DNA of 64,000 nucleotides, from the NCBI GenBank assembly GCA_963811435.1, contig CAWERD010000006.1, forward strand, positions 1,042,696-1,106,695, given 5' to 3'. Below the pieces are notes generated by a model, which worked only from the letters and a program-made list of their open reading frames with translations, had not been told where the DNA came from and did no database searches. The stretch is from Vicinamibacterales bacterium. GTDB lineage: Bacteria > Acidobacteriota > Vicinamibacteria > Vicinamibacterales > JAMQPK01. The position numbers were made by a program, and so were the translations under genes. Shown here piece after piece: positions 29,893 to 38,607 of the stretch. Numbering within the stretch: position 1 is the stretch's first letter; each line of letters opens with the position of its first letter.

Positions 29893-30273
29893 ATGCCGGC
29901 ACTGCCATCGTCCAATCCTGCACAGTTCGTTCAAGGCGCACCGGTATTGCACGTCGCGGACGTTGAGGCGACAGCCGCGTTTTATCGTGACGTGCTGGGG
30001 TTTACCTGGGATTTCGGCGACGAGACATACGCGGTGGTGTGGCGCGACAACTCCGCCATTCACTTCGTGAAAGACAAAGGAAATCCAAGCGGCGTCCACT
30101 TGTTTCAGTGGGTCAAGGATGTCGACGCGTACCACAGAGAAATAGTCAGTCGCGGTGCGGTCGTCGCAATGGAGCCGACAGATCAGCCGTATGGAATCCG
30201 AGAGCTTGGCATACGCGATGTCAATGGCATGGGAATCGTGTTTGGCCAGGATATCGAGCCCGACTCGAAGTAA
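29893..30273 (+). CDS. VOC/glyoxalase (bleomycin-resistance-like) protein
   Basis: PVLHVADV, FYRDVLGF, DQPYGIRELGIRDVNG. Confidence 0.9.
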   Translation: MPALPSSNPAQFVQGAPVLHVADVEATAAFYRDVLGFTWDFGDETYAVVWRDNSAIHFVKDKGNPSGVHLFQWVKDVDAYHREIVSRGAVVAMEPTDQPYGIRELGIRDVNGMGIVFGQDIEPDSK

Positions 30274-30302
30274 CATCCGCTATCGCGAGGGAGGGAACCG
30301 CC

Positions 30303-31088
30303 ATGAGATCGCGGTCGCTCGTTTCCAGAAGGGCAGCGCTGCTCGTGGCGGGCATGCTGTTCTTTGCCCGCACCGCATCAGCCGACGACATCAGGGTCAT
30401 GACCTCGGGCACATTCACGGCGGCATATCTCGAGCTCCTCCCTCAACTCGAACGTATTATCAAGGGCAAGGTCGTGACCGTCACGACGTCCATGGGGGTT
30501 GGAGCAGAGTCCATCCCGAGCCGGCTCGAGCGTGGCGAAGCCGCCGACGTCGTCATCGTGGCGGACGATGCGCTGAATGAGTTGATCAAAGCCGGGAGGG
30601 TGCTGGCCGACAGCCGGGTTGAGCTTGCGCGGTCGGGCATCGGTATGGCCGTACGAGCGGGCGCGCCCAAGCCGGACATCAGCACTGTAGAGGCGCTGAC
30701 GCGCACGCTCCTGGATGCGAAATCTATCGCGTACTCCGCCAGCGTCAGCGGGCGCTATCTCACCACAGAGTTGTTTCAGCGTCTCGGAATCGCTGATCAG
30801 GTGTTGGGAAAGAGCCGGAGAATCGACCGCGAGCGAGTCGGCGCCGTGGTTGCGCGTGGAGAAGCCGAGATCGGCTTCCAGCAGATCAGCGAGCTCCTGC
30901 CGGAGCCGGGGATAGACTTTGTTGGACCGTTGCCGCCAGAGGTTCAGCGAGTCAGCGTGTTCTCGGCCGGCGTTGCGGCAGGTTCCAGGAATGCGGACGC
31001 GGCGCGCACGCTCATTAGATATCTGGCGTCATCGGAAGCAGCCGGCACCGTGGCAAAGACCGGGTTGGAGCCCCTGGTGCTCAGATGA
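30303..31088 (+). CDS. ModA-like substrate-binding-fold protein (aconitate-isomerase-like subfamily)
   Basis: VMTSGTFTAAY, SMG, RLERGEAADVVI, GAPKPDIST, LLDAKSIAYS, GFQQISELL; no ABC permease next to it. Confidence 0.8.
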   Translation: MRSRSLVSRRAALLVAGMLFFARTASADDIRVMTSGTFTAAYLELLPQLERIIKGKVVTVTTSMGVGAESIPSRLERGEAADVVIVADDALNELIKAGRVLADSRVELARSGIGMAVRAGAPKPDISTVEALTRTLLDAKSIAYSASVSGRYLTTELFQRLGIADQVLGKSRRIDRERVGAVVARGEAEIGFQQISELLPEPGIDFVGPLPPEVQRVSVFSAGVAAGSRNADAARTLIRYLASSEAAGTVAKTGLEPLVLR

Positions 31089-31118
31089 GGCGTCAACGTC
31101 GAGGGTGAGGAGAAAACG

Positions 31119-33155
31119 ATGCTGTCACGAAGCCTCGCGGCCATTCTGCTCGTGTTTGTTACCTCGTTGCCCTCCTCAGCCGAGGTGGTGCGGATCGAGG
31201 TCCGGTCGCGGGCCGATCTGATCGACGGCAAGCCGTTCGGCGCTGCCGGCCCATACGAAAAACTGAGCGGGGTGATTTACTTCGAGGTCGATCCCACCAA
31301 CCCCGCGAATACGATCATCACCGACATCGAAAAAGCGCCGAGAAACGCGCGCGGCCGCGTGGAGTTCTCCTCGGACTTCTTTCTGATCAAGCCCAGGCAG
31401 ATCGAGCGCGGCAACGGCACGGTGCTGTACGAGGTCTCGAACCGCGGCGGCAAAGGGATGCTCGGCTTTTACAACCACGCGTCGGGCAGCCTCAATCCGA
31501 CGTCGGCAGCGGAGATGGGCGACGGATTCCTGATGAATCAGGGCTTTACGCTCCTCTGGGTCGGGTGGCAGTTCGATCCACCCGGGCGCGAAGGACTGGT
31601 CCGCGTCTATCCGCCCATCGCCACCGACAACGGCAAGCCCATCGTGGGCATCGTTCGCAGCGAGGTCATTGTCGCGCGCGCGGCCTTCGACGTGTCGCTG
31701 GCCGATCGCGATCATGTCGCGTATGCCGTGGCCGACGCGGACGATTCCACCAATACCCTGTCGGTGCGCGATACGATCGAAGGGCCACGCCGCTTCATCC
31801 CAAGAAGCGAATGGAGATTCGCGCGCGTCGTGGATGGAACGCCAGTGCCGGACCGGACGCGCGTGTATCTGGCCGGTGGCTTCCAGCCGTCGAAGATTTA
31901 CGAGGTTGTCTACAAGGCACAGAATCCACCGGTGGTCGGCGTCGGACCCGCAGCAGTCCGCGATGTCATCTCGCACCTGAAGCACGCGTCTGCCGATCCG
32001 TTATCGATTCCGGCCGGCTCCATTCAACGCGCGATCGCGTTTGGCATCTCTCAAAGCGGCCGCTTCCTGAGAACGTACCTCTATTACGGATTCAACGAAG
32101 ACGAGCGGCATCGCAAAGTGTTCGACGGCGTGATGGCTCATGTCGCCGGCGCCGGCCGCGGCAGCTTCAACCTGCGCTTCGCACAGCCCTCGCGCGACGG
32201 GCATCCATTCCTGAACAAGTTCTATCCAACCGATATCTTTCCGTTTACCGACATCGCCCAGACCGACCCGCAGACAGGCGAAAAGGACGGATTGCTGCAG
32301 CGCGTCAAGCCGGAGTTCACGCCCAGGATCTTCTACACGAACTCATCGTATGAATATTGGGGCCGTGCCGCTTCGCTGATTCATACGGCTCTCGACGGAC
32401 GGTCGGATGCGCCGATGGCGGAGAACACCCGCATCTACATGTTCGCGGGCGGCCAACACGGACCGGCTGGATCTCCGCCGAGCCGCAGCATCGGGCAGCA
32501 GCTGAACAACCCGAACGACTACCGCTGGTCCATGCGGGCGCTGCTCCTGGCCATGGATCGTTGGGTGAAAGACGGTCTCGCACCGCCGCCGAGCCGGTAT
32601 CCGAGGATCGACGACAAGACGCTGGTGCAGCTCGATTCCCTGAGCTTTCCTTCGCTGGCCGGGGTGGGGAAGCCATCGGAAGTGCACAAGGCCTACCGCG
32701 TGTTTTACGGCCTGGACTTCGCCTCAAAGGGCATCATCAGCGTGGATCCACCCGAGGTGAATGGGTCCTATCCGATCCTGGTTCCTCAGGTTGATGCTGA
32801 TGGCAACGAGCTCGCCGGCGTGAAGATGCCGGAAATCTCTGTGCCGCTTGCCACTTACACGGGCTGGAACCTCTTCAATTCCGCATCGGGACCGACCAAT
32901 CTGCTGTCGAGCATGCAGGGCTCCTACATTCCTCTCCCGAGGACGCGCGACGAGCGCGCGCGGACGAGCGATCCTCGGATGTCGATCGATGAACGCTACC
33001 GGAACCGCGAGCATTACCTCTCACTTGTCGCCGACGCTGCCAGGGAACTGGTGCGACAGGGTTACCTGCTCGAGGAAGACGTGAACACACTCGTCGAACG
33101 GGCCGGCAGCCACTGGAGCCGCGCTGTGGCGGGCACAGAGACAATCGGCCGGTAA
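31119..33155 (+). CDS. Secreted alpha/beta-hydrolase domain protein
   Basis: EVSNRG, GWQFD, FGISQSGRFLR nucleophile elbow, EYWGRAASL, VDADGNE, TYTGWN. Confidence 0.85.
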   Translation: MLSRSLAAILLVFVTSLPSSAEVVRIEVRSRADLIDGKPFGAAGPYEKLSGVIYFEVDPTNPANTIITDIEKAPRNARGRVEFSSDFFLIKPRQIERGNGTVLYEVSNRGGKGMLGFYNHASGSLNPTSAAEMGDGFLMNQGFTLLWVGWQFDPPGREGLVRVYPPIATDNGKPIVGIVRSEVIVARAAFDVSLADRDHVAYAVADADDSTNTLSVRDTIEGPRRFIPRSEWRFARVVDGTPVPDRTRVYLAGGFQPSKIYEVVYKAQNPPVVGVGPAAVRDVISHLKHASADPLSIPAGSIQRAIAFGISQSGRFLRTYLYYGFNEDERHRKVFDGVMAHVAGAGRGSFNLRFAQPSRDGHPFLNKFYPTDIFPFTDIAQTDPQTGEKDGLLQRVKPEFTPRIFYTNSSYEYWGRAASLIHTALDGRSDAPMAENTRIYMFAGGQHGPAGSPPSRSIGQQLNNPNDYRWSMRALLLAMDRWVKDGLAPPPSRYPRIDDKTLVQLDSLSFPSLAGVGKPSEVHKAYRVFYGLDFASKGIISVDPPEVNGSYPILVPQVDADGNELAGVKMPEISVPLATYTGWNLFNSASGPTNLLSSMQGSYIPLPRTRDERARTSDPRMSIDERYRNREHYLSLVADAARELVRQGYLLEEDVNTLVERAGSHWSRAVAGTETIGR

Positions 33156-33373
33156 TCGCCGCTCGTCCAGCGCACAGACAATTTCGCCGGATTTGCAGTA
33201 TGCTAGTGCTCTGGAATATTGCTAGGTACTCTACGCCTCGGGTCGTAACGAGAGTTTTTTCCTGACTCGCTCCTTCCGAAGTTCAGTCCAGTAACGAAAC
33301 AGCATTCCAAGATGGCATCCGCTTCAGGATGCCCAAATGGCCGCGCGTGTGAACGGCGGCAGAGGAGTCAGAT

Positions 33374-33706
33374 ATGGGTCGAAAACTGTTTGTCGGGAAT
33401 CTTCCGTTCGAGACGGCTGAAGGCGATCTCCAGGATTTGTTCGCGCGCGCCGGCACCGTTGAATCGGTGAGGGTGATGCGCGACATGATGACGGGACGTG
33501 CGCGCGGGTTTGCCTTCGTCGAGATGAGCACGGACGAGGAAGCTCAGCGGGCGATCTCCGAACTGAACGAGGCTCAGCTGGGCGGGCGCAGCCTGAACGT
33601 CAACGAAGCCAAGCCAAAGCCAGCAGGTGGCGGCGGGTTCGGGAACGGCGGCGGACGTCCCAACGGTGGTGGCGGCGGCTTTCAGAAGCGCGAACCCCGC
33701 TGGTAA
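33374..33706 (+). CDS. RRM (RNP-1) RNA-binding protein with Gly-rich tail
   Basis: RNP2 LFVGNL, RNP1 RGFAFVEM, VNEAKPK. Confidence 0.95.
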   Translation: MGRKLFVGNLPFETAEGDLQDLFARAGTVESVRVMRDMMTGRARGFAFVEMSTDEEAQRAISELNEAQLGGRSLNVNEAKPKPAGGGGFGNGGGRPNGGGGGFQKREPRW

Positions 33707-33718
33707 GGCGCAAGTAGG

Positions 33719-33756
33719 AAAAAGCCGGTGCCACTGGTACCGGCTTTCTCTTTTCC
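33719..33756 (+). terminator. Intrinsic terminator after the RRM gene
   Basis: aaagccggtgcca-c-tggtaccggcttt followed by ctcttttcc. Confidence 0.75.
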
Positions 33757-33878
33757 AACCGCGTGTCCGACTGATTTTCCATCCTGCTGTCGTTTTCTCC
33801 TTTCATTTTCAGATCCTGCCGGAGTAAGAAGCGCCATCCATTTCCCCGCTCCAACACGCATCTTGAAGGAGGCGACCG

Positions 33879-34110
33879 ATGGGTTTCAGACGATCGTCCG
33901 CGATGGTCGCGTTTCTCATGGCCGGCGTGGCGTGTCTGTTTCCGGATTTTGCGGTCTCCGCTCTGGCTCGGGGGCTGGATCGGTCGACACCTCATTCGGA
34001 ACCGGTGGCTCTGTGACCACATCCATCAGCGGTTTCGTGCCTGGCTCGCTACAACGCCAACGGCAGTCTGGATTCGACCTTCGGCTCCAGTGGCGTGGCG
34101 AGCACGCACA
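33879..34110 (+). pseudogene. Remnant of a secreted delta-60 repeat protein
   Basis: RBS aaggagg + ATG 33879, signal-like start, then GSVDTSFGTGGSVTT and LARYNANGSLDSTFGSSGVA in different frames; no full-length ORF. Confidence 0.65.
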
Positions 34111-34146
34111 AAGCGTGAGGTCAAGCCTCGGGTGCCCGTAGAACCG

Positions 34147-34791
34147 TCAGGGCCGTAAGCTACGGAGGATGCTGTCGGTCACCGCCGCTGCCATCATTTC
34201 GTAGCCTTCCTGCGTGTAGTGCGTGCCATCGCCGGCCATGATCTTTTCCTTGCCGCCGCCTTCGACCAGCTTGTGCAGATCGTTGATCGGCACGCCGACC
34301 TGTTTCATGAGCGACACCGCCGCACGGTTGTACGTCTGCACGTCGGCTTCGAAGCGATCGAAGCCGGCCTTGCGCTCGGCGTGGAGCCTGTCCAGGATCG
34401 GAGTGGACGTCGCGAAAATAATCTTCGCCGTCGTTTCCTTCTGAATGCGCGTCAGGATCGTCTTCAGGTTTTTCTCGTATTCGACCAGCGGCACCTGGTA
34501 GCTCTTGTCTTTCAGCTTCAGGTCGTGCAGGCCGGCATTGAAGTGAACGACGTCGGGCTTTTCCTTGATGACCCATTCGTCGAGGTTTCTGAGCACGTTG
34601 CCGCTGTCCTCGCCGTTCGGCTTCGCACTGACGATGATCGCTTTACCGTCGAGCCGCTTTGCGACCAACGGTGCGTAACCCATGCGGATGGAATCGCCGA
34701 CCAGGACGACCTTGGGCAACGGCTTCTCTTGAGCAGCCGCGCTCGAGACCAGAATCCCCAGAAAAAGCAGAGAGTAGCAGCGGGCCAACAT
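34147..34791 (-). CDS. SGNH/GDSL hydrolase, secreted
   Basis: GDSI, HFNAGLHD, DGTH; RBS aggagg. Confidence 0.9.
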   Translation of the reverse strand: MLARCYSLLFLGILVSSAAAQEKPLPKVVLVGDSIRMGYAPLVAKRLDGKAIIVSAKPNGEDSGNVLRNLDEWVIKEKPDVVHFNAGLHDLKLKDKSYQVPLVEYEKNLKTILTRIQKETTAKIIFATSTPILDRLHAERKAGFDRFEADVQTYNRAAVSLMKQVGVPINDLHKLVEGGGKEKIMAGDGTHYTQEGYEMMAAAVTDSILRSLRP

Positions 34792-34807
34792 GGTGGCTTC
34801 CTCCTGA

Positions 34808-36562
34808 GTGGCGCAGTCCGGTGAATCCGAATACCCTAACGGCAAGCGACCTGAGTTACAAGTGGTTAAGGATGGCAAGCCAGAGGCGCATGTGGACCTG
34901 ATGACCGTCAAGCGGCTTTCGGAAGCAGTGAGGGCTGACGATTTGGCCTCCGTACAGGCCATGCTCGGCGCACGTCCGGAGCTGGTCCATTTCGATCTGG
35001 CCGAGGACGACGAGCATCGCGCGCTCCACTATGCGGTGTTGCGCCGGCGGCCCGAAATGGTTCGTCTCCTGATGCAGCATGGTGCCGACGCCCGCCAGGG
35101 CATCTGGCCTCACCGCGACGCCACGAGCCCGCTCACGATGGCCACCGAGCGTGGCTACGACGACATTGTCGCCATCATCCGCGACGAGGAGGGGCGTCGG
35201 TCCGGTGTGGTGCACGCGACCGCAGAAACGCCGGTGCCTGCCGAGCTTGTGGACGCGTTTGGGAGCGGAGACGAAGAGGCAATGATCGTGTCGCTTGCCG
35301 CGCACCCGGATCTCATCCATGCACAAGATCCGCAGAGTGGGATGACGGCGCTGCATTGGGCTGCCGCCAACCTCTGGGAACAATTGGGTGTCTGGCTGCT
35401 CGATCGCGGCGCGAACGCGCAAACGCGGACCGCCGCGGGCCACACGGTGTTAGACGTTGTTGGCTGTGGATGCCCGGCCGGCACACCAGACAGATCGCGG
35501 CGTGTCATGAGGTTCGCCGAGATGGTGCTCGCGCGTGAGGGAGAGCGAACAGCGCGTTGGGCGATTGCGACAGGCGATACCGATTGGCTTCGGGCGCGTC
35601 ACTTGGAGGGCGCCCTGGCGAGTGAGCGCCGGCTTATCAGTCATGCCGTGAAGTCCGATAGGCCTGAGGTGGTGAGTGTGCTGCTCGAGCTCGGACTCGA
35701 TCCCGACGAGCGCGAGCGCGTAGGCGGTCTCGAGGAGGTCGTGTACTCATGGGGCGCCCCGCTCCGCGAGTGCGCCAGAGCGGGCAACGCTGTCGTCGCC
35801 GAGATCCTCCTCAAGAACCGGGCAAACCCGAACACGAACGTCTACGCTGCCAGCTCTGCGATGCACGAAGCCCTTGCTCGCCACAATTCGCGGATGGTGC
35901 AACTGCTCGAGAACCACGGTGGCATCGTCAATGCGACAACAGCCGCCTATCTCGGATTGACCGACCGCGTACGGCAACTGTTCGAACTCGAGAGGGCAGG
36001 GCTCCTCCCGGACGGTGCGATTTGGCCAGGCGGGAATGTTGCGCACGCCGTGCTCGAAGCGGCCGCTGATGGTGGACATGTTGCCCTCGTTCGGATGGCC
36101 CTGGACCATCTCGATTGGCGGCCTGGCGACGCACGGTGGCAGGGGATGCTGATGCGGCCATTCGGAAAACACAAGACGTCAGATCGCGAACGATACGTTG
36201 ACTGCTTCCGGATGATGATCGAGCGATCGGGTGTAGAACTGCCGGGCCGGTTCGGACGGACGCTGTTACACGATGTCGCGGCGGCCTGGCCTCGGACCGC
36301 GCCGATGGGCGGCGAAGAACGGATCGCGTTTGCCACGATCCTGCTGGATAAGGGAGCACGGCTCGACGTGCGTGATGATCTGCTGAAGAGTACGCCCCTG
36401 GGCTGGGCGTGCCGGTGGGGATGCACCGAACTGGTTGAGCTGTTCCTGCGTCGAGGAGCCGATCCGGTGGAAGCCGGGGCCGAGCCGTGGGCAACTCCAA
36501 AAGCATGGGCGCAGAAGAACGGCTCTCCTGAGATACTCAAGTTGGTTGACCTGCAAACGTAG
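34808..36562 (+). CDS. Ankyrin repeat protein
   Basis: ALHYAV, TALHWAA, TLLHDVA, TPLGWACRWG repeats; start uncertain. Confidence 0.88.
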   Translation: MAQSGESEYPNGKRPELQVVKDGKPEAHVDLMTVKRLSEAVRADDLASVQAMLGARPELVHFDLAEDDEHRALHYAVLRRRPEMVRLLMQHGADARQGIWPHRDATSPLTMATERGYDDIVAIIRDEEGRRSGVVHATAETPVPAELVDAFGSGDEEAMIVSLAAHPDLIHAQDPQSGMTALHWAAANLWEQLGVWLLDRGANAQTRTAAGHTVLDVVGCGCPAGTPDRSRRVMRFAEMVLAREGERTARWAIATGDTDWLRARHLEGALASERRLISHAVKSDRPEVVSVLLELGLDPDERERVGGLEEVVYSWGAPLRECARAGNAVVAEILLKNRANPNTNVYAASSAMHEALARHNSRMVQLLENHGGIVNATTAAYLGLTDRVRQLFELERAGLLPDGAIWPGGNVAHAVLEAAADGGHVALVRMALDHLDWRPGDARWQGMLMRPFGKHKTSDRERYVDCFRMMIERSGVELPGRFGRTLLHDVAAAWPRTAPMGGEERIAFATILLDKGARLDVRDDLLKSTPLGWACRWGCTELVELFLRRGADPVEAGAEPWATPKAWAQKNGSPEILKLVDLQT

Positions 36563-36571
36563 AATCTTTGG

Positions 36572-36617
36572 TTCTTCCTCGCGTCGTCGCGTTCTTCGCG
36601 CCGTCGTGTTTCGTGAT
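36572..36617. repeat. Degenerate ~9-nt tandem repeat (YTCGCG/TCGTG units)
   Basis: ttcctcgcg tcgtcgcg ttcttcgcg ccgtcgtg tttcgtg. Confidence 0.45.
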
Positions 36618-36623
36618 GGATCT

Positions 36624-36707
36624 TTACAGGAGATCAGGAGTTCAGGAGATCAGGAGGCTACGAGAAATTCTTTCAAAGAGAATTCTCTTGATCTCCTGAT
36701 CTCTTGT
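36624..36707. repeat. Inverted 8-nt repeat element, copy 1
   Basis: 4 x CAGGAG(AT), AT-rich core agaaattctttcaaagagaattc, then CTCYTGAT units. Confidence 0.85.
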
Positions 36708-36771
36708 CGTATTTTCGCCTGTCGCATTGCGACAGGCAGTGTGGGTGCCGCAGTGAAATTTACAGACTCGT

Positions 36772-37347
36772 TCAGAATTTCACGACGAGGCCGAAGCTGG
36801 CGCGCCAGAAGTTGAACTTGTCGAACGCGAGGCCGGCATCCTCCAGGTCCTCGAACTTGAATCCGAAGGCGCGGAAGTAACGCAGATCGCCGCGCACACC
36901 GAAATGGTCCGAGAAATATCCCATGATGCCGCCGCCGGTGTTGAACGTGAAGTAGTTGTTCGAAATGCTCTCCGGGTTCGGAATCACAATGCTTGAAATC
37001 CCTGTCACGTTGAGATTGAGATTGCCGGCGCCGATGGCGAAATAGGGCTTGGTCGGTCCGAGCGTGGGACCGATGAGCATGCCGCCCGAGAACGAGATCA
37101 CCTTGCTCTTCGTGAGCCCGTTCGTGGAGTTGTCGATGACCTCTGGATAGAAGGCAATCTCGGTTTCACCGCCGACGATCGCTCCGAAACCGCCGAATGT
37201 CACGCCGTACCCCGGCTTCGTGCTGCTGCCGGTCTCACTTGGCGAAGTGAGCGTGGTGCCGACGAACGGGCTGATGAATCCTTGTGCCGCCGCGTCATGT
37301 GCCGAGAAGAGGACGAGAAGGACACCGAGGAGCATGAATCGATACAT
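36772..37347 (-). CDS. Outer-membrane beta-barrel protein (8-stranded, OmpA-TM-like)
   Basis: Signal ending AAAQ, ISPFVG, PYFAIGAG, GVRGDLRYFR, terminal Phe. Confidence 0.85.
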   Translation of the reverse strand: MYRFMLLGVLLVLFSAHDAAAQGFISPFVGTTLTSPSETGSSTKPGYGVTFGGFGAIVGGETEIAFYPEVIDNSTNGLTKSKVISFSGGMLIGPTLGPTKPYFAIGAGNLNLNVTGISSIVIPNPESISNNYFTFNTGGGIMGYFSDHFGVRGDLRYFRAFGFKFEDLEDAGLAFDKFNFWRASFGLVVKF

Positions 37348-37474
37348 TAAGGGACCTCGTGAGTGAGTGGATGAGCGTAACAATCCCGACATTATCCCAC
37401 TGCCGGCCGTGGGCCCGCTGTTCATTTCGGCACATGCCGAAGTCTCTCGGCCCCGGTTACCTGGCTCAGGCTTC

Positions 37475-37558
37475 TTACAGGAGAACAGGAGTTCAGGAGG
37501 GCAGAAGAAATTCTTTTTCAAAAGAATTCTCTTGATCTCTTGATCTCCTGATCTCCTG
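37475..37558. repeat. Inverted 8-nt repeat element, copy 2
   Basis: Same CAGGAG units and agaaattc..aagaattctcttgatctc core as 36624, same orientation. Confidence 0.85.
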
Positions 37559-37615
37559 CTGGTATTTGTTTTTGGCGGAGATAAGTCGTGCGCGTCGTAT
37601 GTGAGAGGAGAAGAC

Positions 37616-38607
37616 ATGCAGCAGAATGCGCCGGCGCAGACCACAGCGGTTGCGCCGCCTGAGGTTCCCACAGCCGGACGGCCGCAGGGCACGGAGAAAT
37701 TCGGCCCCAGCGTCGACGGCATTCCCATCATCGACGCGCACATTCATCTCTTTGACGGCACTCGACCGCAGGGCGCGGGCTACATGGGATCGGCGGCATA
37801 CCGCGCGAAATCCAGAACGTCCCTGCCCGGTCTCTACGCTCCGCTGGCGCGGCCCTCGGGCATCGTGGGCGCCATCATCGTCGAATCCAGCGCATGGGTA
37901 GAAGACAATCTCTGGTACCTGCTGGTATCGCAGGCCGATCCCATCATGGTCGGCGTCTCGGGACGGCTCGATCCGTATAAGCCGGAGTTCGGCGAATACC
38001 TGGAGCGCTACCACAAGAACCCGCTCTACCGCGCCATCCGCGCCAGCCGCTTCTACACCAACACGGATGGCAAAGTGACGCTCGACCCGGTCGCGGTGGA
38101 AAACCTGAAGCTGCTGGCCCAGGCAGGTCTCGCGCAGGACACCGCCAATCCGTCGATTCCGCTGATGACCGCCAACGTGATGCTGGCCGACGCCATTCCG
38201 AGCGCTGCGCATCATCATGGATCATCTGCCGTCATTCGATCCCACACCCGACGCACAGGCCGCCTACGAGGCGGTGGTCAAGGAAATGGCTGCGCGGCCC
38301 AACATCTTCGTCAAACTGAGCGAGGTGTATCATCCGCGGATCGAGAGCAAGCAGGTCGTCGACGACGTACATGCCTTTGCACGATCGGTTGGAATATCTC
38401 TACGGCATGTTCGGTGAGGATCGGGTGATGTTCGGCACCGACTATCCCAACTCGTATGGCGTCGCGACGATTTCGGAACAAGTGGGCCTGATGAAGAAAT
38501 TCTTCTCCACCAAGACCCGTGCCCAGGCCGAGAAATACTTCTGGAGGAACGCCGCGCGAGTCTACAAGTACGTCAAGCGCTCCAACGACCAGCCCAGCCC
38601 GATCTAA
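37616..38607 (+). CDS. Amidohydrolase_2-family protein (sugar lactonase-like), frameshifted
   Basis: IIDAHIH, DHL, NIFVKLS, DRVMFGTDYP, NAARVY across ORFs 37601, 38217 and 38371. Confidence 0.85.
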
